Positions 9,956 through 19,333 of a stretch of DNA of 64,000 nucleotides are shown piece by piece. The stretch spans positions 2,752,001 through 2,816,000 of the forward strand of contig OZ253564.1 of assembly GCA_965262915.1 (NCBI GenBank), read 5' to 3'. This DNA comes from Candidatus Spongiisociaceae bacterium. Its GTDB lineage: Bacteria > Actinomycetota > Acidimicrobiia > Spongiisociales > Spongiisociaceae. How positions within the stretch are numbered: the first letter of the stretch is position 1; the number at the start of each line of letters is the position of its first letter. The position numbers and the translations under genes are program-made. The notes beneath the pieces are model-generated. The model was not told where the DNA came from, did not search any database, and saw only the letters and a program-made list of their open reading frames with translations.

Positions 9956-11638
9956 TTGCACTTGCTCACCATGCCTCCGACAGAGATGATTGGATACCGG
10001 GGCCCCGTCTTCCGGTGCTTTGTCCTGGGCGTTGTCGCACTGGTTGCGGTTGCGCTGTCCGGTTGTGGGAACAGTCCAAGACCGACACCACCGCTAACTA
10101 CTGTGACTACCTCCCCATCTGTCGTTCCGAGCACAGCGGCCCCCCTCACGCCTGTAGCCACTGCGACTAGTACCACCACCGTTGCGATCCCATCGTCGGC
10201 ACCTGTCGAGACTCCAGCTTCGACAACGTCTACCACCAGTAAGTCGCCTACCACGAGTACGTCGATATCGACGTCTGTGACCCCGACCGTGTCCCGCCCC
10301 CCGGACACTCTTGCGGAGTCCGATGAGCGACCGGCGCTGGAGGGCAAGTTCATCTCAGTGATAGTGTCGGAAATCTCGGAGACTGGCGCGGAAGCGGCGC
10401 GCGCTGATCTCGAGAGCCGATTCGGGCTGCAGTTTGGGATTCTCCGTAGCGATGACTTCAGGAGCCTCAATCCGGGCTACTGGGTCGTCTATGCGGGGCC
10501 ATTTGCCACCGCCGAGGAGTCCCAGGATGCCTGCTGGTCCGACCTGGACATGCGGACCGCCTCTCGGTGTTACGGTCGACGCCTCTCTCAGAATGCTGAG
10601 GATGTGGAGATTGTCTATCCGCCTGCACCTGCTCGTCGTAGATCCGCACCTAGTGCGATCGCGACTCCCGATGAGGAGTTGTCAGCACCTGGCGTGTACC
10701 AAATGATTGCCCCGTCGGTGGCGTTCATCGTGAATGGCGATGGCACCGGTTCGGGGAGTGGAATACTGATCGAGGGCGGCTACGTGGTAACGAACCACCA
10801 TGTTGTCGAGCCGCATACTGCGGTTATGTGGATGGTCTTTCCTGATGGCACAGAGTTCCGGGATGTTCCGGTGGTGGGGTGGGCAACAGCGGCTGACCTA
10901 GCCGTGCTGGGGCCGGTCACTGTTCATATCCCGCCGTTGAGGCTCCAGAACGGAGAGGAAATGGCTCCTGGTAGTGATGTCTTCCTGGTGGGTTACCCCG
11001 CCGAGGTGACGCTCTACCCGCAGGCGTCTATCACCCAGGGTGTCTTGTCGCGGTCTTACGAAGAAGAGGCGACCGGACTCACGGTATTTCGGACCGACGC
11101 GGCCGCTATGGGTGGACAGAGCGGAGGGGCGATGGTCAACGCGCTGGGTGAGGTAATCGGAGTGACAACGCGAGGTATCAGGTCCCGCATAAGCGACCAA
11201 CCGGTTTTCACTGAGGCTTACTCGGCGGCCGACTACGAAGCCATTGTGGACAGGATAATCCGAGACGCGAATCCGACGGCGCCTGTCACGACGGTCAGGG
11301 CAGGACGCACGGGGACAGAGGCCGAACGGCCGAAGCCGTTCGAGGGCACGTTCGTTTCGGTGGTAGTGTCGGCGACGTCCGGGACAGCTGCGGAGCAGGC
11401 GCGCGATGACCTCGAGGGTCGATTGGGGTTCCGGTTCGGGATTCTCCGAAGTGATGACTTCAAGAGCCTTAATCCGGGCTATTGGGTCGTTTATGCCGGA
11501 CCATTCGCAACCGCTGCGGAGTCCCAAGACGTCTGCTGGTCCGATCTGAACATGCGCAGCGCCTCTCTCTGCTACGGGCGACGCCTCTCCCAGGATCCTG
11601 CCGATAGGGAGATCGTCTACGCGCCCGCACGACGTTGA
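9956..11638 (+). CDS. Trypsin-like (S1C) serine protease lipoprotein with two copies of a SPOR-like domain
   Basis: Lipobox LSGC; triad motifs VVTNHHV, ADLAVL, GQSGGA; a duplicated ~95-aa domain on either side. Start codon is uncertain. Confidence 0.82.
   Translation: MHLLTMPPTEMIGYRGPVFRCFVLGVVALVAVALSGCGNSPRPTPPLTTVTTSPSVVPSTAAPLTPVATATSTTTVAIPSSAPVETPASTTSTTSKSPTTSTSISTSVTPTVSRPPDTLAESDERPALEGKFISVIVSEISETGAEAARADLESRFGLQFGILRSDDFRSLNPGYWVVYAGPFATAEESQDACWSDLDMRTASRCYGRRLSQNAEDVEIVYPPAPARRRSAPSAIATPDEELSAPGVYQMIAPSVAFIVNGDGTGSGSGILIEGGYVVTNHHVVEPHTAVMWMVFPDGTEFRDVPVVGWATAADLAVLGPVTVHIPPLRLQNGEEMAPGSDVFLVGYPAEVTLYPQASITQGVLSRSYEEEATGLTVFRTDAAAMGGQSGGAMVNALGEVIGVTTRGIRSRISDQPVFTEAYSAADYEAIVDRIIRDANPTAPVTTVRAGRTGTEAERPKPFEGTFVSVVVSATSGTAAEQARDDLEGRLGFRFGILRSDDFKSLNPGYWVVYAGPFATAAESQDVCWSDLNMRSASLCYGRRLSQDPADREIVYAPARR
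10340..11630 (+). repeat. Intragenic diverged direct repeat (about 10340-10625 and 11342-11630)
   Basis: Both copies encode FGILRSDDF(R/K)SLNPGYWVVYAGPFATA.ESQD.CWSDL.MR.AS.CYGRRLSQ, with many third-position differences. Confidence 0.9.
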
Positions 11639-11724
11639 CTACGAATCGGCGTACTCCGGAACATCTTGGTCTCATGACCGGCCAATAGGACGTATATGTT
11701 GTGTCGCCGGGACGGTCTATCGAC

Positions 11725-12882
11725 TCACTGTTCCGGTGTGTGGTTGATAGTCGGGTCCAGGTGGCGCCGGAGCCAGAGAGCACCTCCGAGGACCACCGTT
11801 CCTATTCCGGCCCACACCATTTCGAGGATCCGTCGGGACCGGCTGTCCGGTGACTCCGGGCTCGGATCGGGCGGAGGAGAAGCAACGCCAATCTCCTCGC
11901 CACCGGCTTGGGCGGGTAAGAGGCCAGAGGTCGGAGGCGACTGTTCATGCGGTTGGATCGTTGAGGGGGCTGTCGGAGCGGGCGATACCAACGTGACGGA
12001 TGTGGTGTCGGGTGGAACGTCGATGGTCGTCTCCGGCAGATCTACCGGCTGCGCGGGAGCCGACGTGGTTGATGTCGTAGTCGCCGCGGCTGTGGTGGAC
12101 CGCGTGGGTGATGAAGAGGAAGCGGGTCCTGCTACCGAGAGAGCGGCCGTAACTGCCGCCGGGAAGCTGTGCTCAACCAGCGCGAAGGCCTGGTCGCCGG
12201 GGCAGGTGGTCCTCGACATGGTCCGGTGGCCGGTGATGGTCGGTGTCACCACCAACTTTCCCTCTGGGTGGAGGTTCGATCCGCGGGAGACGAACTCGAC
12301 GGTCGACCCGGGGCGGGGATCGATTTTGTAAGTATTCGCCAGCCAGGCCAGGAGAGCGACCATGGCCGATCGGGCATCCTCGGTGGGGGCGACATCCTGG
12401 TGATTGCCGATAAAGCATGTCAGGAGAGCGAACCCTTGGCTCCCGCCGGTGGCGTCACCCCGTACCGGCCACTCGATGCTCCCCTGCCGCCCCTCGAAGA
12501 TCTGCCCATGCTCGTCGACGAGGAAGTTGTAGGCGATATCGGGCCAACCCTTCGCGGCCGACGTGTGGTAGTGGTAGAAGCTGCGCAGATACCGGATGGA
12601 CTGTTCAGCCGAATAGTCGTTGGGCGATGCGCTGTGATGCACCAGGAGAAAGCGCACATCGCCTGGCGCCTCCCTCTTCATCGGTCCGGTCGGCGGCAGG
12701 CCGGCACCCCACACGTCGCGAGGCAGGATCACGTGACCGGCTCCGATGGAGACACCATCCGCCTGAGCGGCAGCACGAGAGGCGGAGGCTGTCGGCAGGA
12801 GCAATCCGGCCGCGGCGCCGAGTCCGCCCAGTACCAGGAATCCGCGCCGTGTAAGCGACCCGCCATCAGACGGCTCACACAC
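11725..12882 (-). CDS. N-acetylmuramoyl-L-alanine amidase (PGRP/Amidase_2) with Tat signal and C-terminal anchor
   Basis: TRRGFL Tat motif, VHHSA, GWPDIAYNFLVD, GHR...TTCPG, S/T/P-rich linker, C-terminal transmembrane segment. Confidence 0.88.
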   Translation of the reverse strand: MCEPSDGGSLTRRGFLVLGGLGAAAGLLLPTASASRAAAQADGVSIGAGHVILPRDVWGAGLPPTGPMKREAPGDVRFLLVHHSASPNDYSAEQSIRYLRSFYHYHTSAAKGWPDIAYNFLVDEHGQIFEGRQGSIEWPVRGDATGGSQGFALLTCFIGNHQDVAPTEDARSAMVALLAWLANTYKIDPRPGSTVEFVSRGSNLHPEGKLVVTPTITGHRTMSRTTCPGDQAFALVEHSFPAAVTAALSVAGPASSSSPTRSTTAAATTTSTTSAPAQPVDLPETTIDVPPDTTSVTLVSPAPTAPSTIQPHEQSPPTSGLLPAQAGGEEIGVASPPPDPSPESPDSRSRRILEMVWAGIGTVVLGGALWLRRHLDPTINHTPEQ

Positions 12883-13146
12883 GATAGGCGACCTCGCTTT
12901 CGGTAGTGATCACAGCCGGCCAGGGTCGGCGGCCGGGTTGGTCCTTCGCGCGATTGCAGCATTGAAGGTTCGCGGTCTCAGGTGAGCCCCTCTCATGTTA
13001 GAAGGATCCCGCGGACAGCCCCGTATGGGTTGGGGAGAAAGACCATCATCGACACTCCGTCGCCTGCGCCCGATCGGCATCTTCATCCAACGGCAGAACC
13101 GGCGCTTCCCATGAGGGTCAGGAACCTCTCGGGTGCCCTGTCAGGT

Positions 13147-14421
13147 TCACCCGGCGCCTGCTCCGGACCACAGGCGGTCGATCGGCAGGGCAATGATGCC
13201 CGCATCTGCGCCTCTGTAGCGGATGCTGTGCGGGCCCGTATACAGCACCGCGCCGACAGTGAAGCGGTCGCCGAGCGCGTCGCGTAGTATCCGCAGACCC
13301 CGACGGTCCTTGGGATGAATCCTCGAACCGGCCTTCACCTCGATACCGACCACCGAGCCGTCCCGCCCATCCTCGAGGACGATGTCCACCTCGGCGCCGT
13401 TATGCGTGCGCCAGTGGCCGACATGGGGCCGATGTTCCATCCAGGAAACCTGTTTGAGTACCTCGCCGACGACGAAGGTCTCCAGCAGATGCCCGAACTG
13501 CTGCAGCGCCGCCGCATCCAGCCCTGCCAGCTTCTCAGGTGGGAGTCGAAGCAGCCGTGCAGCCAGACCCGAGTCCACTATGTGGAGTTTGGGACGCGCT
13601 CCCGTCGCCGAGCGCAGAGTTCTGCCCCAAGCAGGCAGTAACCGCACCAGGAAGCCGGCTTCGAAAAGCTTGACATAGTCGGACGCTGTGCTGGCTGCCA
13701 GCCCCGCCGCCCCTCCCGCGCGTGACACGTTGACGACCTGAGCCGTCTGCGACGCGAGGCGCAAGAGCAGCGGAGCGAGCGCGGCAGGCTGCCGCACACG
13801 GCCGACCTCCAGCAGGTCCCGCTCCAGACAGAGAGCCAAGTAGTCGTCGAACCAGCGAATCCGCGCCGCCTCGGTTCGCGTCAGAGCCAACGGGAAGCCA
13901 CCCCGTGCAATACGCTCCGCGTACCGGTGACGGGTAGTAGTAGACGGCTCGGGGGATACGGTCACCGCCGGATCATCGAAGAATGCCTCGATCAGGTTCT
14001 CACGGGTTCCGTCGATTTCTCCCTGTGAGAGCGGGAGGATCTCAAGCCGGTGCAGCCGACCGGTCAGGGACTGCGTCGCGAGTGGTAGCGCTTCGAAGCG
14101 GGTGGATCCGGCCAGCACGAACCGTCCCGGCTCACCATCCCGGTTCAACTCGGCCTTGATCGAGTCCAGCAAGACCGGGACATGCTGGTACTCGTCGATG
14201 AACACCGGCCCGGGACCAGAGACGAACAGCCCGGGATCGTCGCGAGCCGCCGCGCGCACTCCCGGATCGTCGAGATCGACCACATAGGCGCTGTGACGCG
14301 CAGCCAGCGCCTGCAATAGCGTCGACTTGCCGACGGACCGAGGACCCTGCAGCAACACCACCGGCGACTCTGCCATACGACGAACGGCAATGTTCTCCAA
14401 TCGTCGCCGAATCAACTCCAC
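13147..14421 (-). CDS. AAA+ ATPase with DUF4143 and C-terminal PD-(D/E)XK-like domain
   Basis: Walker A GPRSVGKST, IDEYQ, AGS, LTGR, GGFP, PKLHIVDSGL, EVDIVLE...IEVKA. Confidence 0.9.
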   Translation of the reverse strand: MELIRRRLENIAVRRMAESPVVLLQGPRSVGKSTLLQALAARHSAYVVDLDDPGVRAAARDDPGLFVSGPGPVFIDEYQHVPVLLDSIKAELNRDGEPGRFVLAGSTRFEALPLATQSLTGRLHRLEILPLSQGEIDGTRENLIEAFFDDPAVTVSPEPSTTTRHRYAERIARGGFPLALTRTEAARIRWFDDYLALCLERDLLEVGRVRQPAALAPLLLRLASQTAQVVNVSRAGGAAGLAASTASDYVKLFEAGFLVRLLPAWGRTLRSATGARPKLHIVDSGLAARLLRLPPEKLAGLDAAALQQFGHLLETFVVGEVLKQVSWMEHRPHVGHWRTHNGAEVDIVLEDGRDGSVVGIEVKAGSRIHPKDRRGLRILRDALGDRFTVGAVLYTGPHSIRYRGADAGIIALPIDRLWSGAGAG

Positions 14422-14436
14422 CGGCCAGTCTCCTCC

Positions 14437-14551
14437 CCGTGAAACTCCGGGCTATTCTACCGTGAAATTTAGGGCTGTTCTACCGGCAAACTCGAAGGGA
14501 ACTTACCGTGAAACACTACGAGGCTTTGCTGCGAACTCCAGACCCGAAGGA
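14437..14551. repeat. Degenerate tandem array with 23-bp period over the DUF4143 gene promoter
   Basis: CCGTGAAA-like cores at 14437, 14460, 14483 and 14506, plus a weak one at 14529. A minus-strand TAGAAT at 14454-14459 lies inside unit 1. Confidence 0.75.
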
Positions 14552-14648
14552 ACGTGCAGGTGATCGGCAATGGATTGATCGAGGGGGTTCGGGGTCGGGA
14601 GTGGTGGAGATGCGCGGAAAGCGTCCCTGAGCTTGCATCAGTGGGTAT

Positions 14649-16910
14649 TCAGGCTCGAGCGGATTCTCCATCCGCCACTCGACACCGGCCGCTGAGAGCG
14701 ACGTGTTCGGGTCTGACGGGGGTGCGGTTTAGTTCGAGGCCGGTGGCTTGTCGGATGGCCGCCACCACCGAGGCCGTGGAGGACACGGTAGGTGGCTCCC
14801 CGACGCCCTTGGCGCCGAACGGACCGAAGGAACTGGGTTCTTCGATTACCTGGATTTCGATCGGCGGGGCGTCCAGGAAGGTGGGGAGCAGGTAGTCGGT
14901 GAAGGTGGGGTTCTTGATGACGCCATCTTCGACCACCACTTCCTCCAGGGTGGCGAGACCGATGCCCTGCATGGTCCCGCCCTCGATCTGGCCGACCACG
15001 GAGCGGGGGTTGATCATGAAACCGACGTCCTGGACCGTGTCGATCTGCACCACTTTGAACAGTCCCAGTTCCTGATCCACGTCGACCACCGCCCGGTGAA
15101 CCGCGAACCCGAAATCGACGTACAGATCGCCCTGGCCGTTGTGGTCCGGCGCCTCGGTTGGGGGGTGGTGGAACCGGGTGTGGTATTCGATGTTCTGGTT
15201 GCCCACGAGGTCTCTCATCGAGGTGACCAGCATCCCGTCTTTCCACACGCCCGACGCGTCCAGCTCGTCGCCCCCGCCCCGGCTGAGGGCGATCTCCCGC
15301 GCCATGCCGGCGGCTTCGAGCACCGCTCCCCCGGTCATCTGCGTCTGGCGGGACGCCGATGTGGACCCTGCCGATCCGATCTTGGAGGTGTCGTCGAAGT
15401 AGACCACCACGTCCTCGATCCCGAGGACGGTCCGGGCGATCTGGGCACATGACGCGCCGAGACCCTGGCCTACTTCCACTGCTGCGGTATGCACCTCGAC
15501 ACCGAATGGCGTGATGCAGACCCGTGCTTCGGCGTAGTCATCGAAGCCACCGGAGAAACACAGGTTCTTGACCCCGACGGCGTAGCCAACTCCACGATTC
15601 ACCGCGCCGCGGGGGGTGGTGAGGCCGGTACCGCCCGGGAGTAGCCGAGGGTCCTCGCTCAGGTTTTCCGGGGGCAGCGGCATGCGGCGCACCCGTTCCA
15701 GTATCTCCACGACGGGCGCCGATGTGTCGATCAGCTGCCCGGAGGTGGCCAGCGGGTCACCGCGCCGTAGCGCGTTCTTGATTCTGAGTTCGACCCGGTC
15801 CATGCCGAGGGCGTCGGCCAGCTTGTCCATCTGGGCTTCGTGGCCGAAGCAGGCCTGTACGGCGCCGAACCCGCGCATCGCCCCGCACGGAGGGTTGTTG
15901 GTCCTGGCAGCCACGCCGTCGACCGCCACCGAGTCACAGCGGTAAGGACCGGCGGCGTGGTAGACGGCGTTGAGGATCACCGAGTTGCTGGTCGATTGGA
16001 ATGCGCCCCCGTCGATGATGATCTTGGCTTCGATCCGCCGGAGAGTCCCGTCCGTATCGGCCTCGTGGCGGAACCAGAGGCGGGCCGGATGCCGGTGAAC
16101 GTGGCCCACGAAGCTCTCGGCTCGGCTATAGACCATCTTGACGGGCTTGCCCGTGTAGAGAGCCAGCAGACAGAGGTGGATCTGGAGGCTCACGTCTTCC
16201 CGGGCGCCGAAGGCCCCTCCCACGCCGGCATGATGCACCCGCACCGCATCGTCCTCCAGACCGAGCCCGGCCACGATCTGCTCGTGGTCGGAGTGGGTCC
16301 ATTGGGTGGCTATGTGCAGGTCGACTCCACCCCGGTCGTCGGGGATCGCCATACCGGACTCGGTGCCGAGGGGCGCCTGGTCTTGCATTCCCACCTCGTA
16401 ATAACCCTCCACCACCACCGAGCTTTGGAGGTCCTGCGGGCCCCGGCGGCAACTGAGCCGGTGGAAGACCGAATCGATCTTGTCGGCCTCCTCGGGATCG
16501 GTGAGCGGCGCCAGCACTTCGTACTCGATGTCGATGGCTTCCACCGCCAAACGAGCCGTCTCGGGATCGTCGGCCGCCACCAGGGCGATGGGCTGGCCCC
16601 AGAACTCCACCGTCTCCGAACCGAGGATGGGTTGGTCGGCGTGCTCGAGACCGAACGTCTTGCGTCCCGGAACGTCGTCGCCGGTGAGCACCGCGTGGAC
16701 ACCGGTCATCGCCACGGCGGAGCCGATGTCCAGCTTCGTGATGTTGGCCTTGGGGTGGGGACTGCGCAGGGTGGCGCCCCAGAGCATCCGGTCCATATAC
16801 AGGTCGGAGGAGTACGTGTAGGTTCCGTCCACCTTGGGGATACCGTCCCAACGGTGGGTCGACTCGCCGACACCGCCCCGGACCCTCCGCGTGCGGACCC
16901 GGGTCGTCAT
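14649..16910 (-). CDS. pucD: Xanthine dehydrogenase family molybdopterin-binding subunit
   Basis: GGAFGARED, CGAMRGFGAVQ, EVGQG, SASRQT, GQIEGG, GAKGVGEPP. Confidence 0.88.
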   Translation of the reverse strand: MTTRVRTRRVRGGVGESTHRWDGIPKVDGTYTYSSDLYMDRMLWGATLRSPHPKANITKLDIGSAVAMTGVHAVLTGDDVPGRKTFGLEHADQPILGSETVEFWGQPIALVAADDPETARLAVEAIDIEYEVLAPLTDPEEADKIDSVFHRLSCRRGPQDLQSSVVVEGYYEVGMQDQAPLGTESGMAIPDDRGGVDLHIATQWTHSDHEQIVAGLGLEDDAVRVHHAGVGGAFGAREDVSLQIHLCLLALYTGKPVKMVYSRAESFVGHVHRHPARLWFRHEADTDGTLRRIEAKIIIDGGAFQSTSNSVILNAVYHAAGPYRCDSVAVDGVAARTNNPPCGAMRGFGAVQACFGHEAQMDKLADALGMDRVELRIKNALRRGDPLATSGQLIDTSAPVVEILERVRRMPLPPENLSEDPRLLPGGTGLTTPRGAVNRGVGYAVGVKNLCFSGGFDDYAEARVCITPFGVEVHTAAVEVGQGLGASCAQIARTVLGIEDVVVYFDDTSKIGSAGSTSASRQTQMTGGAVLEAAGMAREIALSRGGGDELDASGVWKDGMLVTSMRDLVGNQNIEYHTRFHHPPTEAPDHNGQGDLYVDFGFAVHRAVVDVDQELGLFKVVQIDTVQDVGFMINPRSVVGQIEGGTMQGIGLATLEEVVVEDGVIKNPTFTDYLLPTFLDAPPIEIQVIEEPSSFGPFGAKGVGEPPTVSSTASVVAAIRQATGLELNRTPVRPEHVALSGRCRVADGESARA

Positions 16911-17362
16911 GGCCCGACCACCAGGGTCTCGAGACCGCGCAGGATCGCACCGTAGCCGGTGCAGCGGCAGATGTTACCGGCCAGGGCCTCCCTTATCTCG
17001 TCGGAGGTAGGGGCCGGGTTCTCGTCGAGCAGGGCAGCGGCGGCCACCACGAACCCCGGGGTGCAGAAGCCGCACTGCACGGCGCCCGAGTCGACCAGCG
17101 CTCTCTGCACGGGATGTAGTTCCGATCCGCCCAGTCCTTCCACCGTGACGATCTCGGAGCCCTCCGCATCCACCGCCATCACGAGGCAGGCGCAGACGAG
17201 GTTGCCGTCGAGGAGTACCGAGCAGGAACCGCACTCCCCCTGCTCGCATGCGCCCTTGGATCCGGGAAGCCCGAGCCGCTCCCGCAGGGCGAACAGCAGG
17301 CTTTCGGAGCCCTTGACCTCGCACTCCCTGAATTCTCCGTTGATCGTGGCTCGGATCCTCAT
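16907..17362 (-). CDS. pucE: Xanthine dehydrogenase family 2Fe-2S subunit
   Basis: CEQGECGSC...C, QCGFCTPG, GNICRCTGY. Confidence 0.9.
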   Translation of the reverse strand: MRIRATINGEFRECEVKGSESLLFALRERLGLPGSKGACEQGECGSCSVLLDGNLVCACLVMAVDAEGSEIVTVEGLGGSELHPVQRALVDSGAVQCGFCTPGFVVAAAALLDENPAPTSDEIREALAGNICRCTGYGAILRGLETLVVGP

Positions 17363-18162
17363 GCTGCAAGGCACCTTTCCAGCAGGCGCCGCGCCAGTAC
17401 GCCGGAGGCATGGCGCCGGTAGTCCTCGGTACCCCGGTGATCGGTGATCGGACGCACCTCCTCGGAGACGAGCCGGGCGAAATGGTCCAGGGCCGCCGGT
17501 CCGGGGTTCGGTTCCCGGGAGATCATCTCCTCGGCCCGACGGGCCCGGATCGGGGTGGGACCGACCGAACCGAGCGCCACCCGGGTGCGCCCGCCATGCC
17601 ACCGGAACACGCAGGCCGACACGATGGAGATCACCATGGCGCTTCGCTGGCCGATCTTGGCGAACTCCTGGCGGTCAGGCAACTCGTCGGGCAACAGGAC
17701 CGCGGTTATCAGTTCGTCAGGCCGCTTCGAGGTCCGTTTCACGCCGGTGAAGAACTCGTCCCAACGGACGCGACGAGTCCCGCGGACCGATGCGAGCTCG
17801 ATCTCGGCATCCAGTCCGGCCAGGAACGGAAGCGCGTCTCCCGCCGGGCTGGCAGTGCCGATGTTGCCGCCGATGGTCCCGGCTGCCCGGATCTGGGGCG
17901 ATCCGATGGTTCGGGCCAGCTGTGCCAGCGCATTGTGATCCCCCGACTCGAGGGATCGGAAGGTCACGCCCGCCCCTATCCGCTGCCGGGAAACGCTTCG
18001 GAGCTCCTCGACACGGCGGAGGGTGATCACCGCCTCGGGACGCAGGAGTCCGAAGTTGACCTCCACCATCAGGTCGGTTCCCCCGGCGAGGGGCACGGCG
18101 CGCGGGCACGCCTCCAAGGCTGCTACCGCCTCCTGGATGTCCGCCGGACGGATTACCTCCAC
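17359..18162 (-). CDS. pucC: Xanthine dehydrogenase family FAD-binding subunit
   Basis: AGGTDL, GSPQIR..GTIGGNIGTASPAGD, PITDHRGT.DYR. Confidence 0.88.
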   Translation of the reverse strand: MEVIRPADIQEAVAALEACPRAVPLAGGTDLMVEVNFGLLRPEAVITLRRVEELRSVSRQRIGAGVTFRSLESGDHNALAQLARTIGSPQIRAAGTIGGNIGTASPAGDALPFLAGLDAEIELASVRGTRRVRWDEFFTGVKRTSKRPDELITAVLLPDELPDRQEFAKIGQRSAMVISIVSACVFRWHGGRTRVALGSVGPTPIRARRAEEMISREPNPGPAALDHFARLVSEEVRPITDHRGTEDYRRHASGVLARRLLERCLAA

Positions 18163-18302
18163 CTCGGGCTGCTCCCTAGTTCTGGTTGCTTTACGAGTTA
18201 TAGAGAATAGCTGATCGGCAGGACACCTCTCGGGATCAGCCCGGGAGTGTGATCGAGAGCTCGGACTTACCAGACCCTCGGCGGTCTCCTACCCTTCCGG
18301 AT

Positions 18303-19256
18303 ATGGAACGACTCCTGTTGTGCGCCAATCCGGCGGCGTCGGGCTTCACCGGAGGTCTTCATCGGGCCGTCCTGGCGCGCCTGCGCCGGCAGTTCGATGT
18401 GGAGTCGGAATGGCCCGAGACGGCCGCAGATACCCGGGCTACCAGTGCGGCTGCCGCCGCGGACGGATACGACATCGTGGTGGCGATGGGCGGGGACGGA
18501 GTGGTGCACCATGTGGCCAACGGGATCGGCGGTACGCCGACCGCCCTCGGAATCATCCCGGTGGGTTCTGCCAACGTGCTCGCCCGTCTGCAGGGTGTCC
18601 CGTCCAGAGCCGTCCCGGCAGCCGAGTTCATCTGCACCCGACCGCCGGCCCGCCCGATGCCGGCTGCCATGCTCACCCTGGATCACGGTGAGCGAGGGGT
18701 CGAGAGCCGCCTCGCCACCTTCTCGTGCGGTGTCGGTTTCGACGCCGCGGTTGTGGAGCGGGCCGAGCAGGAGCCGCACCGTAAGTACCACCTCGCCGGA
18801 CTCCACTACGCCAGGTCGGCCGTCTCGGTGGCGTGGACCGAATTCGCCGGACGTGAGCCCGTGCTGGCGGTCAGCGCCCGGGACCGGTCGGCCGATGCAG
18901 TGGCGGTTTTCGTCCGGCTCTACGACAGGTATACCTATTTCGGTCGGATACCCGTCCGCTTCGGATCTCACCGGCCGGACACGTTGGCGGTACTGGTGGC
19001 GCGTTCGTTGTGCCGCCGCCGGATCCCATCGGTGCTGTGGCGGGCCGTGACGGGCGCCGATCTGGAAAGGATTGAGGGATTCGAGGTCTGGTCGGGGATC
19101 ACCTCGTTGGGCGTGGTCGGGGGCGCCGACGGCATACCCGTCCAGGCCGACGGGGAGTTACTCGGTTCACCCCGGAAGTTCTCCGTTGCAGTTCGTGCAA
19201 ACCACCTCCGGATATTGACAGCCGATTCGCCGCCGGGCGACCGGTTGTCCCGGTGA
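18303..19256 (+). CDS. Diacylglycerol kinase family lipid kinase
   Basis: NPAAS, GGDG, IPVGSAN, GVGFDA, QADGE. Confidence 0.88.
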   Translation: MERLLLCANPAASGFTGGLHRAVLARLRRQFDVESEWPETAADTRATSAAAAADGYDIVVAMGGDGVVHHVANGIGGTPTALGIIPVGSANVLARLQGVPSRAVPAAEFICTRPPARPMPAAMLTLDHGERGVESRLATFSCGVGFDAAVVERAEQEPHRKYHLAGLHYARSAVSVAWTEFAGREPVLAVSARDRSADAVAVFVRLYDRYTYFGRIPVRFGSHRPDTLAVLVARSLCRRRIPSVLWRAVTGADLERIEGFEVWSGITSLGVVGGADGIPVQADGELLGSPRKFSVAVRANHLRILTADSPPGDRLSR

Positions 19257-19333
19257 GACCTCCCGATCCGACCTCCTGTCACCGGGGTCCGGATCGTCGG
19301 AGGTGCTAGGTTTTCGGCGGCCCCGCATTATGA

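Noticed and set aside
14437-14551. 23-bp array as a CRISPR array
   Set aside because: The period is too short for repeat plus spacer, the units are degenerate, and there are no cas genes.
6052-18162. coxG plus the molybdoenzyme operon as an aerobic CO dehydrogenase
   Set aside because: The large subunit has CGAMRGFG rather than the CODH AYXCSFR motif, and coxG is 8 kb away.
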